The notes: generated by a model not told the origin, from the letters alone. A stretch of 60,532 nt of DNA, filler included, from Platydemus manokwari (GCA_037951405.1; 5 parts of 5 records of this genome joined end to end with filler, not necessarily neighbours in it); one strand, 5' to 3'. Shown: positions 39,913-54,830, counted from the whole stretch's first letter. Made by a program: numbers and translations.

Positions 39913-41477
39913 TATTTTGAATTTCAATTTGATTGATAATCACTTTATAATTTCATTATTAATTATCTGATTGGAGGATAGTACAACTGTTTTTCAAACA
40001 TTCAACGAATAGTATTTTTAGTGTAATTTTAAATTATTATGAATAATTGTGTAAATAAAGAAGAAAATCATTTTATATATAATAGCATCCAATAAAATTT
40101 AGGTAAAATATCCAAAATAATTATCATAATTTTTAATAGGCAAAAGTTTGTTTTATAAATTTAAAATAAAAATTTTAAGAATAAATTGTTATTATTCTCA
40201 CTTTACATAAAGACAATTCAATGAATTCTAATAATACGTTGTTTCGTATTATATTTTACTCATCAATATATTTACTAAAATGATGTTGTTTATCATGAAA
40301 TTAAGTTGAATAATTGGTAATATGGAAATATTCTGTTTTGATTTTGTAATTTGTTACTAGTAGACGAAATTGTTTTTTATAAATATGGAAATTTACGTGA
40401 TCTTCATTGATTTACCACTGGCACCAGATTTTCCCATTAAACTTAAACTCATTTTCCACAAACTTTGTACTTGATCAAAAATTTATCTTTTCTTAATACT
40501 TTGTAATTTCTAACTTATATTTATATCTTATATTCATATATTGATGATACTCTTATTCAGTCAGAGATTGATAATAAATTATCTTGAAAGTCTGGGTTGT
40601 CTGGGTCGTTTGGGTTGTTTACTTGAAAGAGATAAAATAGCAGGTCTATCGTTTGTTCTAAAACAACTTCCTTTTCTACCAACATCTTATACAATACTGA
40701 AAACATTGAAGACATCGAGAGTGATGACATTGAAGATTGTATTTTTTCATTATGTTTTTTCATTCATTTTGTTGAGCATAAAAAGAAGACATTAAATTAA
40801 AACAATATAAACAAAATTTAGTAAAAATGATATTTTTTATACGCATTATTGTATTCAGATTGGTAAGGAAGCTTTAACGATGACTTAATTATTTTTTACA
40901 ACTAGAACTGAATTTGTTTAAATAACCTAGTAAATAATGTGATGTTTTTGAAGAAGTATTTGATAGAGAATTTGCAAGTTTTATGTTATAAGATTATGAT
41001 TATTAAAAATTATAAAAATAATTAACCAATTATCTAACAAGAATAATACTTAGGCAAAGTAAAACTTAGTGAATGATACGAAACAACAAATGCATTCCGA
41101 TAGGATTGCATTTGTTTAAAATTTCTAAAGAGCACAGAAAAAGGAAAATAAATCATTTTGTCCTAATTCTTCTAAAATATAATCAATTGATGAGAAATAA
41201 GATGATATTTTATTGATATACTTTAAAATTGTCTGGGAATTGAAATATTTTATTTATGGAAAGGAAAAGACATAAAGATCTTAATTAATAATTTTATTAG
41301 CATTTGACGTTTTAAATATACTTAATTACATTAATCATCAATAAAGTTAGATAAATCAATAAATAGTTGTCAAGGCATTTTGAATTATCTATGAAAGCTA
41401 CTCATTGAAAGATTTGTTCTGAATATATTGTTGACATTTTGTAAAAAATATTTATTCATTTTTAAACGATATTAAAT

Positions 41478-42148
41478 TAACTAAGCATAAATCAAAATAG
41501 TTGACAGTATAAATAATGAACAATTACTGAATAAAAACAAGAAAGAATAGATCAGTGACAATAAAATTAAGCAAATCTACAATTGTCAATGCATATCATA
41601 ATGAATAAATAAAGTTTTGAAGATATTGGGAATTATTTGTCAATTATAATACTTTATTCTTTTAGAAAATTGGTAAAATCGGGGGGAGCAAGGGAAGAAT
41701 CATCAGATTACAGAATATGTACATATGGAGGAACGAACGAATAAAATCTTATGCAATCAAAATTGACTAAACCAAACCTATGCCCACCGAATAAAATATA
41801 CTACTAATTTGGAACAATAAAAAACTGGCTTGTAAAATGATGAGTGCAATGAGGAAAACCAAAATGTTCTACAAAGATACTTGAGCGGAACCTGAGGAAT
41901 CTCATAGAATTATGAAAGTGGCATCAAACGAATAAGAGATTTTAATATTCAGAAAGAAGATTGAAAAAGCAAAGGAAAACATTAAAAATATGTTGAAGGA
42001 ATTGAAGAAAATGCAATATCGGAATTAATACGGGAAAGAATGAAATAAGTAACTAAGCACAAATCAAAATAGTTGATAGTATAAATAATGAACAATTAAC
42101 GAATAAGAACAAGAAAGAATAGATCAGTGACAATAAAATTAGCCAAAT
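41478..42148 (+). repeat. About 99-bp direct duplication (41478-41576 and 42050-42148)
   Basis: Near-identical copies of taactaagca.aaatcaaaatagttga.agtataaataatgaacaatta...gaatagatcagtgacaataaaatta. Confidence 0.8.
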
Positions 42149-44952
42149 GGCATAAAGATCTCAGTGTCAGCAAAGATAACATCAAACAAGTGAAATGGTA
42201 ATTTACAAATCATGAAATCATGAAATCTTTTAATGAGTAAAGGCATGAAAACAAAGAATTAAGAAAAGCTTAAAGCTTATTAAAAATAAATAAATTTATT
42301 TAACGAAGTAAATTGGATACAAAGGGATCCAGTATGACTAATCATGGCATAAAATAAACATAATTGAGAAAGTTTGAATTTATAAATGGAATCTAATGAG
42401 CTGATAAAATTAACGAGATGAAAATGTTCAGTAAAACAATTTTGTTATTCAATAGTAATCAACACAAAAATGCTTGTATATGTTCTTCTGAGTCTCTGAT
42501 ATTTAGTGTCGTAAGATTACGGAAAATGTCGCTAAACACTTGCTGCTACATGCATAAGTGAGAAAAAACTGAAAGATAAGAAAGCGTTAAATTATTTCAA
42601 TATAAATGTCATCATATTTTTATGGTATGTTGAAAAATGGTTGGGTAGATTATGTATCAACAAAATGGAAGTAGCATATTGAGGAAACCTTGTATGCATG
42701 CAGTCAATCAAAAGAAACCTTATTGATTATAAATTCAAATCCAAAACACAAGAGATGGAGAAGTATAAAATAGATCTATACAGTTGACAGCGGTATCAGA
42801 AATATCATTATACTGATAGAAGTATAATTATACAAATGCGAACAAACGAAAACACGTCTAGCAGCTGTGTATAATGGTTTCTTAGATAGTAAGAAATGAT
42901 TAAATAATGCAGTGGGTTAATATTAATAATAAATACAAAATATAATAGAGATGAAAATTATAATTTTAAGAAAATTTTAAATTTTTCAATACAAGATTTA
43001 TCAATGTTTGAAACTTTTGAAATTTTTCCTTTTCATTAAGTGATTATGAAATATTAAGCATGTTACAATATTAGTTTAGAATAAGTTTATAATTTAAAAA
43101 ATAATATTCCATTCATGATAATGTATATCATGTCTCCAAAACCAACATGTAGACATTCCGACGCATATATTATATAATGAAGTACCTTAATCATGAAACA
43201 ACTTTTACTGTTTTATTTTAGTGTGTGGTTTTTAAAATAGTAGAGGCTAACATGGCGACCACGAATCTGGAATCGAACCTAAAAAGATCAACGACTGTAA
43301 ATTGTAAAGAAGATATAAGGAAAAGATAAAGAAGATGTAGAAGAAGATATAAAAGAAGATATAAAAGAAGATATAAAAGAATATATAATGGAGATGAAAA
43401 AAAAGTTACTATAAGATAGAAGAATTAAAGTTTTCGTATACTAAGATACGCAGATTATTCAAGTCAGAGATAATTAACAAAATCAAAGATTTTAAAGAAA
43501 GGGGACGTGAGATATTTTGTATAAATTTAATTAAAAACAATTTCAAATCACATTTTATTAACATTTTATTCAAAGTTTATTCAGATTTAATTTAATTTTA
43601 TAAAAAATAAATTAATGTAAAATTAGAAGTATTTGTTTAAATATTTGGATTTAAAATATTTTGATTGTGTCTTGACTTTTCAGTTTCTTTTTAATGCGTA
43701 GTTTTTAAAATAGTAGCGGCTAACAAGCAAAAAAAACACAAATCCAAATAATCTATTATAGAAATTAATATCATTGGTCAATAATAATAAAAATAAAAAT
43801 AATAATTAGTATTAGAATTTTAAATTTAATGTTGAAATCTCTTTAATAATGATAAAAAATGTAAAAGGTTTTATTTGTGATAATTTGTTAAGTTGATTTT
43901 GATGAAATTAAATAAATTAGAATGAAAAATTAGGACCAGAAATATTAATTATGAAACCCCTATGATTTTCCCAATTTTACTAGCAACAATAAAACAAACA
44001 ATAAATACAGCATAGCAACTACTTCAGAGAAAATATTTTCATTGAATTGTAAAATATCGTCACAATAGAATCGGAAATTAAGCCCGTATATTTTATTCAA
44101 ACCCAATATTTCCAGTTGTTCATAATGTAGTCCGCACTATGTCTTCACCCTTAATTGCAAACTTCTAAGATAGTGCGTGACGTGTCAATCATTAAGGAGA
44201 TAATTTTGCCGCCGAAGTTAGCCTTTTTTTCCGAAGCCTTGCCATCCAGTAGATGCCCTATAGAAATATAGGAAGAGTATCTAAGTATACTAATTGCCGA
44301 TGAATTCAAAGTCACATAAGATTCATTAGTGTTAAATCAATATTAACTTATAAAATTATGACAACAATTCTGACAAATATTCAATATAATTTCATTCTAA
44401 TTCTTAGAAAATTCATTCGATAAATTCTCATAAATTCATTCAAAATTGTTGATCAAAATAATTTTCAATTTTTATGTTTTCAATCATATTTTTGTATTTT
44501 ACCAGTTTCGTTAACAGAAATTACTATCTTCGAATATTGGAATAAAGTTTTATTTAATTTAAGACAATTACTTTGGAATCTATTGATCTTCCTGGAATAG
44601 TTTAGAAAATTTTCCAATCTAACTTTTCTTCTGAAACAATTAATAAAGTAAGATTCATTACTGAGGATTATTATTATTATTATCTATTACCATTTTATTG
44701 TTTATCTATTAAATATTGTTTATCTATCTAATATTTTATCCAATAATATTGTAGTTTATTTATATATTGATTAAAATTGTGAAGTTGAGACTTACACTCA
44801 AAAACCACCAATCTAAAACCACACATCAACTAATAAACACTTGGATAAAGTAGTAAGAATCACAACATATAATAAATCTTAACAATCAATATCAACGAAT
44901 CAATAGTGTGAACAAATATGCCATGTGAGCATTTGAAATGATTTTAAAATGT

Positions 44953-46720
44953 TTAAAGATTACATTTAGTATAAAATATTGTCTTAATAAATAGATGATC
45001 AACATTCTCAAAAGAAAAGGATTTCACAACGACATACGAAATAGTAAATAGGAAGTTCACTTTGAAAAAACAAAATTTTAACACCGAATTTATATTCAAC
45101 GTCGTTCGATAATCCAGTGCTTTCATCATAAGGCCATACTGCAAATTTAATATTTTTATGATTTTAATTATGACTTTTTATGAAAGTTTTGGATTATTGA
45201 AATTTGTATCGATAATTAATAAATCAAATGTTAATATCAATTATTTTTTTATTTAAATAAAATTTTTGTTAAGAAAAGTTTCGAATTCCAATTTAAGAAA
45301 TGTAGGTGAATAGATCAGATAGGTGAAAAGAATAACAGATAAATAAGGATTGAGTTAAATCAATCCATTGACGTAATTCATTAAATAATTGATTGATAAT
45401 TGATGATTTTTATTATCGAATTAAAATTGATTTTTTCAAATAGTTACACCATTTCTTAATTACCACCTTTTCACATTATAATAATCGACAAACATGCTCC
45501 TACTTGATTTCTAAATCAATTTTTCAATTTAATCAAGTCATTCAAACGAATTTCGAAAACGTCTTCAACTGTAAATCGATATCAATGATTTCTTATGAGT
45601 TATTGAAGATCTTGTCTCATTGAATGAATAGATTTATATTATTTAATATTTGTAATTTTTATTTAAATATTTCAAAATCATTTCATAAAACGTGGATTGC
45701 TTCCAATTCAAAACTTGCCTGGATTGCACTTCATTTCGATTCACAGTATTTGCACTGACCACTTCAATTATTTAACTAATTTAATCGATTCAAAAAGATG
45801 ACTATGTCTGTTTTGTGTTGATGAGAAATAAATTTGTTCATTGATATCTCGAATTAATAAATATAAGAGAATGTTAACCAATGACCGTGATTTGATTCAT
45901 CTAGATTTCACAATTATTTCAAGTTTAACTTCACATCAGTCTTTATACTTGAGATATGTGTGAATTTTATATATAGTATTTTATTTGATTTTTACTTCAC
46001 AAAGTCTGTTTGAATTTATTGTTTTTGTGTACTGGCAATTGGACCATCTAAAATGGTTTTTAAATATTTTCAAAACATTCCAATTATTAAAATATCGATT
46101 TATTTAATGAGGTCAGAAGTTTTGCTCAACCTCATGTGATTTATAAATTCATTAATACATTCTCAAAATGCAAATTTCAAATTAGCATTAAGATTTTCCT
46201 GCAATATATATAAATCACAAAACAAATTAATACGATTACATTGCAAATAGATTAATTTCAGATCTAACATTAAAAATAGGAGAAGATGCAAATGATGAAG
46301 ATCTGTTCTGTTTCTTTTTTAAAATAATATATTCTTTTCTGGTATAAATATGATTTTCCAATATTATTTCAATTACTATTCAAAAGTTAATACCATCCTT
46401 CTCACTAATGTATTTAAAAATATTATCAGTTTATTCTGAAATATATAAAATTTCATTTATGGTTTCTGGAGAACTTTAAATGATTTTAGCAAATTTAATA
46501 ATATCTCTTGCATTATCAAGTAAAGATATCTATTTATTATTAATTGACTCTCCTTCAATGTCGTTGACAGACGAACTTTGTTCGCGGTTTAAAACTGAAG
46601 TACGTTCTTTTGCAATTAAATTATATTTAGCAATATACTTTTTAGATGTTTCATGAGATTTTGTAGTTGAAAAGTTTTAAACAAGAATTTACAAATTTGG
46701 CATTTATGCTCATTCATTTT
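44953..46720 (-). mobile_element. Highly decayed hAT-like transposase relic
   Basis: BED-finger-like HKCQICKFLFKTFQLQNLMKHLKS at the 5' end and a weak dimerisation-domain-like fragment (ALDY..LK..SYVVVKSFS..ENVDHLF) about 1.6 kb downstream on the same strand. Confidence 0.35.
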
Positions 46721-49619
46721 TAAGAATCTTTTTAAGGATTTTGTTAAATGGTTTTTTAATGTTTTTGTATATTTCTCGTTTTTGTAATTTAAGAATAATA
46801 ATTTTGTAATATAAGAATAAGAAAACATTAATAACATAAAAAATTAAATTTTGAAAATTATTAGATTTAATAGAAAAAAATAAAATTATTATTTTTGTCG
46901 TCATTTCAATGGTTTAAGTATATTCATCGTTAACTTATAAGACTAGAATTTTAATTAGATTTCATTTCGTTATTATACATTCATAAAACCCCAACAATTT
47001 CAGTGCCAAGGTCTTACCGCAATCATCATTTACTTAATATCAAAGCATCTTGTTGACTTAAGTCAGAACCATTTTTGATAAAGAATAAAAAATAGATAAA
47101 CATATATCTAATATTGAGAATTGTAAAGATATTGGTGAAAAAGTGATAGATGTCACATAAAATATGATTTTCGCATCCTCAAACAGTTGTTTTGGTACTT
47201 CACACCTACGCATGAATACACAGCTAAACAGATGATCTGTTTCGGATTTGTAGTCTTTTTGTTTTAATTATTGTTTTTACCAATCAGTCTCTTTCAAACT
47301 TAGTTTAAATTTTGAGTGTAAATCGCAGTCGTCTTATCAATCTCACGTGGCTCTATTACAAATCCAAGGTACAATTCATTAAACCTTTTTGTTATTGTTA
47401 TCTTCGTCAATACACATCGATACACATTGAATGTAACTTTGTTAGATTTTATCAATTGTCACTTGATAGCTGATTAAGAACTCATTGAATGCTATTTTCT
47501 CAATTCCCCAACACAGGAATCGTAGCTAAACCAATCAGTGATTCTAATGCGGTAAATATTATCAATACACATTGTGTGGCGCAAGCAGGACCTTACCAAT
47601 CAATTGCACTATTTCTATAATTAACCTGTTATTCCACCATTACATTTTTATTAATATCAATTTCTCTTTATCAAATTCTATTTCGGGATTCTACTGATGA
47701 AATTGATTAGTGCACTTGGCACTGATTAAGCTTTTAATTCGTCTGACATTTTAAACGTTATTTTCGTCGATTATCTCTGAATAAAATTTTATTACTTTAT
47801 AATTATCTTATTCCTTGTTGTCATGCACATATACAGTAAACAATTTTATTAATTATCACTCTCAATCTACATATTATTTATACCACAAAGTCGAAATATC
47901 CAATTAAATTTGAAGAAAAATAACATCAAATTAAAATTTATCTAACAAAAACATACAAACTTTATCTATATCAGCTGAGGTAGATAAAGAGATTTTGTTT
48001 ATCTATTTTATTGATGTGAAAGTGAGTGCTAAGTAGCAACAGGTTTGCAGTAAATACAAGTTGTAATCATTATTTTATTTTGATATAAATCATAACTTCG
48101 CTTAGAAAAGAATAGATCAACTTAGTTTCAACTTTAATTTGATTTCATATCTAGTTATTTTGTTTAAGTATCATTAATTTGGTCTAAATTTTTAAAATGT
48201 TTTTTACTATTTAATTTAACTTATCTAATTTTTTAATGTGATTGTACTTTCCATTTGATGTTCCACTTTCCAAAATAGATAAATATACATTCATTAAATT
48301 TGGAAATTATAAATAGTTGAAATACACTATAATCAAATGATATTTATAATAATTTTATAAATTTTTTTCCATCACAACATTCGAGTAATTTTCGATATTA
48401 TTCAACTGCATTGTTTAAATAATTTATCCTAATATGACAGTTTAAAATTTATATTCTAACTTAATGACGAAAACTTGGAAGTCATCTATTATTTCTTAAA
48501 TATGAAAACCATGTTATTTTTATAAATCTTTTTACTAATTTAATGGGTTAAATTTCAAGATTTGAAACAATTTAGATACTTAAGTAAGTAATTTGGTTTA
48601 AATACGAGTAATGCAAAACGTAGAACATTTCAAAACTTTTAACAGGAATATTTAGTATTGTTTTTATAATAAATACTATTTTTTAATCTTGTTTTTAATT
48701 AATAGAAATGAGAAATTTATTGCAGATAGTAAAATTACGCTATATAAATAGTGTAAAGTTTTTCGATATTCTAATTTTTATCTGATATTCAATATTTGAC
48801 CATTTATGATTTTTTATCGGAAAGAGATCTTGTGATCTTCAGATCTGTAGGCATGGATTATTCTTTTTAATATTGGATTCGAAACAATGTTTTATGTCAA
48901 TGTTAAATATTATAAGTATTGAAGTGTGTAAATATAGATTATTGTTGTATTTTATATTTTAGAAGTCCACAAAGTGATGAAATCTTAAGCATTATTTAGT
49001 TAAATATTTGACCCAGTTTTTAATTAATAAATATTTGTTTCAATTTTTATGTTTTTAATTAAATTAGATTGAAATTCTTTCAAGTATTTGGCGTAAAATT
49101 GTTTAGATTTGCAACATTTGTTGACTGATTATTACAAGTTTATAAATATAATTACTGCTGAAATCTCAATGAGTATGTGATGAGAAAATACGAGTCTCGA
49201 TGCCATGTTATTATTCGTAATTGTCATTCATCCTCTTAGTTTCTCGTTAAATAGTAAGCATTAAGGAATTTTTATCTGATATTCAATATTTGACCATTAT
49301 GATTGACCATTCTTCTGATATTTCATTATTTAAATCATCATTTTAAAGATAATTGCTTATGTTTTTCTCATTATTTTGTTATGTTTTATCAATATTTTAT
49401 CTTATCTGTATTTATTTATCATTTATTAGTGTTTTATCGATCTTTTCAATGATTTCCCTCTTTAAATTAGCACAATTTAAACAACTATGCAGGCATATTG
49501 TACGTGTTGAAGTACATAACAAAGAGCAAAAGAAGATAATAATAAAATACTTTTAGCGAAAAAGAAATAAAATGTAGTGGGAAAATGCATGACACAATGA
49601 TACATCATATATCTTGTTA

Positions 49620-49662
49620 AATAATGATAATAACAATAATAATAATAATAATAATAATAACG
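49620..49662. repeat. (AAT)n microsatellite
   Basis: Direct reading. Confidence 0.85.
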
Positions 49663-49894
49663 TCAATACTACATAATTATAAATAACATAAAATCAATAT
49701 CTATATAATAATTTGAATGATATTTAATATATCCATTAAGTCATTCACAAAATTTGTTTAACATATTTATAAATTCTCATCTTAATCGTTACCATAACAA
49801 TCATGTAATTGATTATCATCGTGCTCAAAATTATTACCCAATAATATATAACATATAATAGATCTTTCCATTGCATTGGAGTTTTCGGTAGCTA

Positions 49895-50452
49895 GATAGT
49901 TATTTACAAAACTTCCATTTGCAATTGAACATTCAACATTTATTAATGTAAAATTTGTGATATTTATTTTATTTTCCAATAAATGGGTCCCAGGTTCATG
50001 TACTTTATTATTTTCAAATCCTAAAACAGAACATAAAGTAATAAATTTTATATTTCCCTTTGAGATTAATTTATATTTAAGTGTTGCTTTATCTGGTTCT
50101 ATAGAAACGTTGAAAATCGGGTTTTTATTTTTGTCTGTTTGGAATAAATTTCCGATTTTATACTCGGCAAGAAAGTTATGTATACTTTCATTTATATCTG
50201 GAATTTCTCTAGCTACTGATGAAATGAAATATTCTTTGTCATTGTATATAAATTTATTATTATTATCATTAATATTATAAACAGAATTAAAAATACTAAA
50301 TGACATTAAACCAATTTTATATTCGAATCTTTCATCTAGTTTTAAAGGAACTGGAAAACTATAACTTATTCGGATTTTTTAGTGGTAGATATTATTACTG
50401 TACTAAATTTCTTTGATAAAATGTTTATAAGTTCTGTTAATTTTTCTTCCAT
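49895..50452 (-). pseudogene. Polinton/Maverick (adintovirus-like) minor capsid/penton gene fragment
   Basis: MEEKLTELINILSKKFSTVIISTTKKS[fs]RISYSFPVPLKLDERFEYKIGLMSFSIFNSVYNINDNNNKFIY..EIPDINESI..DKATLK..SVLGFE..GTHLLENKINITNFTLINVECSIANGSFVN matches the pattern of Maverick penton proteins. It is C-terminally truncated. Confidence 0.7.
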
Positions 50453-50461
50453 TTTTTAACA

Positions 50462-50561
50462 NNNNNNNNNNNNNNNNNNNNNNNNNNNNNNNNNNNNNNN
50501 NNNNNTTAATTAATTAANNNNNNNNNNNNNNNNNNNNNNNNNNNNNNNNNNNNNNNNNNNN
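50462..50561. other. Artificial contig spacer
   Basis: N run with TTAATTAATTAA. Confidence 0.97.
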
Positions 50562-51784
50562 TTACTTTGGATAACAGAATTGTACAAGATTTTCTTTAAT
50601 AAACACTCAATTGTTCTAAAAAATTCCGGTTTTTAAGTCATAGACCCAATATAACTACATAAAAGTCCTAATAATTTAAATAGAAGGATAATAATAAATA
50701 AACAATAGGGTTAATTAAGGTAATTAATCGATATTTATTCGCATTTATCATCGTACGAATGGAGTTTAGGTTTATACATTGATTATCAATTTCACGATAA
50801 AAACAATAATTTACTTTTATTCAGTAATAAATCTGGTATACACAGTTAAAATTCTAATAAAGTTTTCAGACCTTTAGATAATCAGTTTTCTTCCGATAGT
50901 GTAGTCATCAATACTCGCCATTGAAGACATGTCGAACCAAAAAGATATACCTCAAATATCTTTCTATTTAATATTTATTAAAATCTTTATATCAATATAA
51001 ATGACATTCTATACCAGAGCCTTCCCTCGTTTACCACTGTTTTTACCATTCATGTTTGCATAAACTGTGATTCGGAGTGATTGAGTTATTAAGCTTGATT
51101 GAGTTTTTTAATAGCGTACTGCATTATGTTAAACGAATTTCATTGTAGTAAACCTATATAAAAATATTGATATCATATGTGCTATTATTTCGATTATAAT
51201 TTCATTGTTGACTAAAATTAACGCACCTAGCGGGTTTACATCACGCTTCAACCAGTAGTACAGAACTCACACTAGAAATAAAAATAATAAACATACAATC
51301 CCAACCGTTGGAATTATTACTAATTCTTATTGATGGAATTACCATGGCATACAGCGAAAATCAAAGATTAAAAATGTTAAAAATGTTCGAATAATATGTT
51401 TTATTACATATATTAGGGTGAGTATATTATTATTAGTAAAAGTATATTATCTTATTATTTATTAGTTTTAGAAAATGGACGACGAGCACTTCATAGAACA
51501 TTTGATTATATGACAGACATTCCCAACAATTTGAAAGTCTCATCAAAGATTTTAGACGTTTCATACCAGTTACGCACCACGAATAAGTCATTAAAAAATA
51601 AAAATGGCTGATGAGGAGCTAACAATGTTCATCAATTATTTGGAAACTGAAGCAATCCCGGTGCCATTCAACCTTCTCTCTTTAAAGCAAAAAAATTTCA
51701 AATAACCTTATGATAGAAATAATACAATGGAACACGATCGGGAACCCGATGGAGAAATGAATGAATCACAAGAATATTTTATAA

Positions 51785-52711
51785 TTAAAATTGAAAATCA
51801 TCTGTCATTTCTATCCTGTTTTGTATGACTTCCGTCGTCCCTACGTCATATTCATGTTTTGCCATAATATCGTCATATTTGTCTATTATCTCTTGTAATC
51901 TCTGATTTTCTTTCTCGGTTAAATTTTCTTCTGCTATTTTGATCTTTGGATAATGTTTTATTTCTCCCAATACTGCAAATTGGTTGCTATTAATTACTTT
52001 AGCTTTTACACATCTTCCTAATACCATTCCTGATCGCAATATTTTGATATTGTTCCCATAATTGGTAACTCTTAATGGATAATATCCATTCTGTGCTGTA
52101 GCTAAAACCGAACTCATCTGAATCTCATCATCTATCTGTCGTGGTTCAAACATTAATGTTTCATTCGTGGCTTCCACCGCAATCATCAATACGCTTCCAC
52201 ATCTTGCTGGTAGCCGAACTATCTCTTGTATTCTTAGCTTATCGTCTTTATGCTGGGGTGCTTGTTTATATGATATTTGTAACGTTGTTAAATCCAGGAC
52301 TACTCCTGTTAACTGTCCCAACAAATCCATTAATATTAGTATGTCGTTTAATCCTTCTGTTACCACCTTAAATTCGTGATCTATTTGTATGTTTCCGAAC
52401 GCTATATTTATCTTCACTTTCCCAGCTGTTTCAATCCTTTTCTCTCCTGCTCTTACGAGAACATCTTTATCTCTACTTATCTTTGTTTGTTCATATTCAT
52501 TGAGTAATTCCTTTCTAATCATTGATGCCTCTGCGTCTGTGTCTATTAAGGCTCTTGCCGGCCTATTGTTCATCAATACTGTTACTATGAGCCTACGTCC
52601 CTTACCTGTTGCTGAATGTATGGTGTATACTTGTTTTACATTGCTGATTAATGGATCTCTTATTTCACTCATCATCTGTTTTTCTATCGCGTATGGGTAG
52701 TACTCATTCAT
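51785..52711 (-). pseudogene. Retropepsin protease and pre-RT linker of element B
   Basis: RALIDTDAEASMI (DTG changed to DTD), DILILMDLL, then LQEIIDKYDDIMAKHEYDVGTTEVIQNRIEMTDD, the typical lead-in to gypsy RT, where the element is cut off. Confidence 0.85.
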
Positions 52712-52902
52712 TTTCCTATATCCTGGTATCGGTTGTTCAAATAGCTTCTCTTTTCTCCCTCTATATCTTACTTCCCAGTCATCATATCCCTACGGGTAAT
52801 TTGAAGGCATTTCTAGTCTCATCATAGGATTATAGAACCCCTGATTCGTCATTTGTTGATTATACACCCCTTTATTTATTGGATTGTACATTCCTAACTC
52901 AT

Positions 52903-54830
52903 TCATCGACCACATTCCTCCTCCTCTAGCCTGTTTGGTATCTGCTTTATCTGCTCCATCTCACTCTTATGATGTGTTAGCATCATAAGCTTAGCTATTG
53001 GCGGACATATGCAACATAGTATTTTCCATAAACATCCAAAAATTTCTTGTAGCGTTTTCCCCGTAATTAGTGATGAAAATACCATTTTTATTATTACCAC
53101 TATATAATATATTCCCAGAAAGAAGGAAAATATTGTTCCTATTTCCTGGAATCTTCCATATAAACTCTTAAATAGTTATTTTACTGCTTGATTGAAATGA
53201 TCCACCGATAACAAGGCTTCATAATTTAAGGTCTCGTCTGGGCTTCCTCCTAATATTCGTTGTATCATATTCATGATTACTTTTTCTCGTTATATTGGGA
53301 ACAGCATATATTTTCGTGCTTTCTCTATGTTTTCTGCTGCATAAATTCCACTTTCATTCATGTCGTTAAATGGTTGAAATTCTATGTTCCCTGTTACTCC
53401 TGAGCTTTTTAGAATTAATATGTCCGCTCTTGATTTCTTATTCTCCGTCGACACCCATCTTCCATAATCTGTTTTAAATACTGGATCCATAACGTTTGAA
53501 CACGCGTCTATTCTCGCGACCTTGTAATGATTCTTGTTACTAATTATAAAAATACTCTCTTGTTGTTGTATATGATTGGTATCTCGTTGGTGCAGTATTC
53601 ATGTTTTCTGATCACTAAGTTGTTTACCATTTTACATTAGAAAGTATAAATGACTTCTCCCACTACTCTAGCAAATGTACCTTTATCGTCAAATATTAAT
53701 GGGGCTATCAATTCTGGATTTTTTACCGTCAATGCCATCTTTGTTTGTAGCACCTTACGCCTTAGCTTACAATCATTTAACATTATTTCTATGTACATTT
53801 TCTCTAGGTACCCCTGATTAAGGTGGTAAAAGTAATCAAGCTTGTTGATAAAATACTGAGATAACTTAATATCCAATTGATCTACCTCTGTCTTAGCATC
53901 TTTTATTTTGTTCTTACTCAGATATATTCCTTTATAGTTCGTCACTATAACTTACTGTGCACATTCCTTTGTGCACAAACCTCATGGCACTGCTTGTTTG
54001 ATCCGCCATGTATACTATTGGTGGTTCTTTCATTCTGATTTCTACCGTTTCCGTTGGTGTGTCTAGATTTAATTCCTTGGAAAATTTTGTTTCCTTAAAT
54101 ATTTTTCCTTTTATTTCTCTAAATTCCGTTTTTTTGAGCAATGTCAGTGGACTCTTATACGGATTGCTCTTGTACATTATTAGTGATTCCCCCGTATCAC
54201 ATGTTGAATTATCGTATTCGCAATGTGTCCATGTGGTCATTTTCCTTGTTTTTCCATCAAAAGTGGTTTGATATTCTCGCAATTCTATAATATAGTGCCT
54301 GTATGTCATTACATGTTTTACTACCTTTCCATCTATCATGCAATTTCCTCCTTCGGAATATGCCCCATTACTAGACCAACCTGCTTGATTTACTGTGTAC
54401 CTGTTTATTCGTACTGGTGACACCACTACTTGTATTCCTTTTGGTGTTTGGTAAATTCCCTTCTCAAATGCAGCTTTATAACTTTCCACTGACGGTATTT
54501 CTGGTACTAGTAACCATGCCAGCACCAGTGTTACTGTGTATCATATTCTCTTATATGAACAATGAAAAGCACTTAATGATATACAATCTTACATTCCTTT
54601 GCTTTTTCAAACAGAAACTCAGATTCCTAATATACATACATTTCCTTTGGTCTTGACTGTATAATATTTACTGGATATGCCTCTGGGCATTGTTCAATAT
54701 CCAATAGTGAATATTTCTTTCCCCATCGTGGTTTGCCGCAGTCATATCCACTTATTCCGGCATTCGCGCCCCCTATACTGCTTATTACGTATATTGCGAA
54801 TAACGTCTGGACTATTGTTGCCAGTGTAGA
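52903..54830 (-). pseudogene. Chuvirus-like envelope glycoprotein of element B (frameshifted)
   Basis: Signal TLATIVQTLFAIYVISSIGGANAG, then GYDCGKPRWGKKYSLLDIEQCP, HCEYDNSTCDTG, YFINKLDYFYH, NDCKLRRKVLQTKMALTVKNPELIAPLI, ARVVGEVIYTF, GIYAAENIEKARKYMLFP and TM YGRFQEIGTIFSFFLGIYYIVVIIK..FGCLWKILCCICPP. Confidence 0.8.

Noticed and set aside
43229-49305. Short direct repeats (about 25 bp at 43229/43701 and about 35 bp at 48775/49268) as a possible CRISPR-like array
   Set aside because: Only pairs, about 0.5 kb apart, in AT-rich eukaryotic DNA, with no repeat-spacer periodicity.
13963-50561. Repeated N-TTAATTAATTAA-N motif (4 times) and apparent clustering of genes and elements across the window
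   Set aside because: It is an artificial contig linker. Features on different contigs, such as the ESCRT genes and the enveloped elements, cannot be treated as neighbours.
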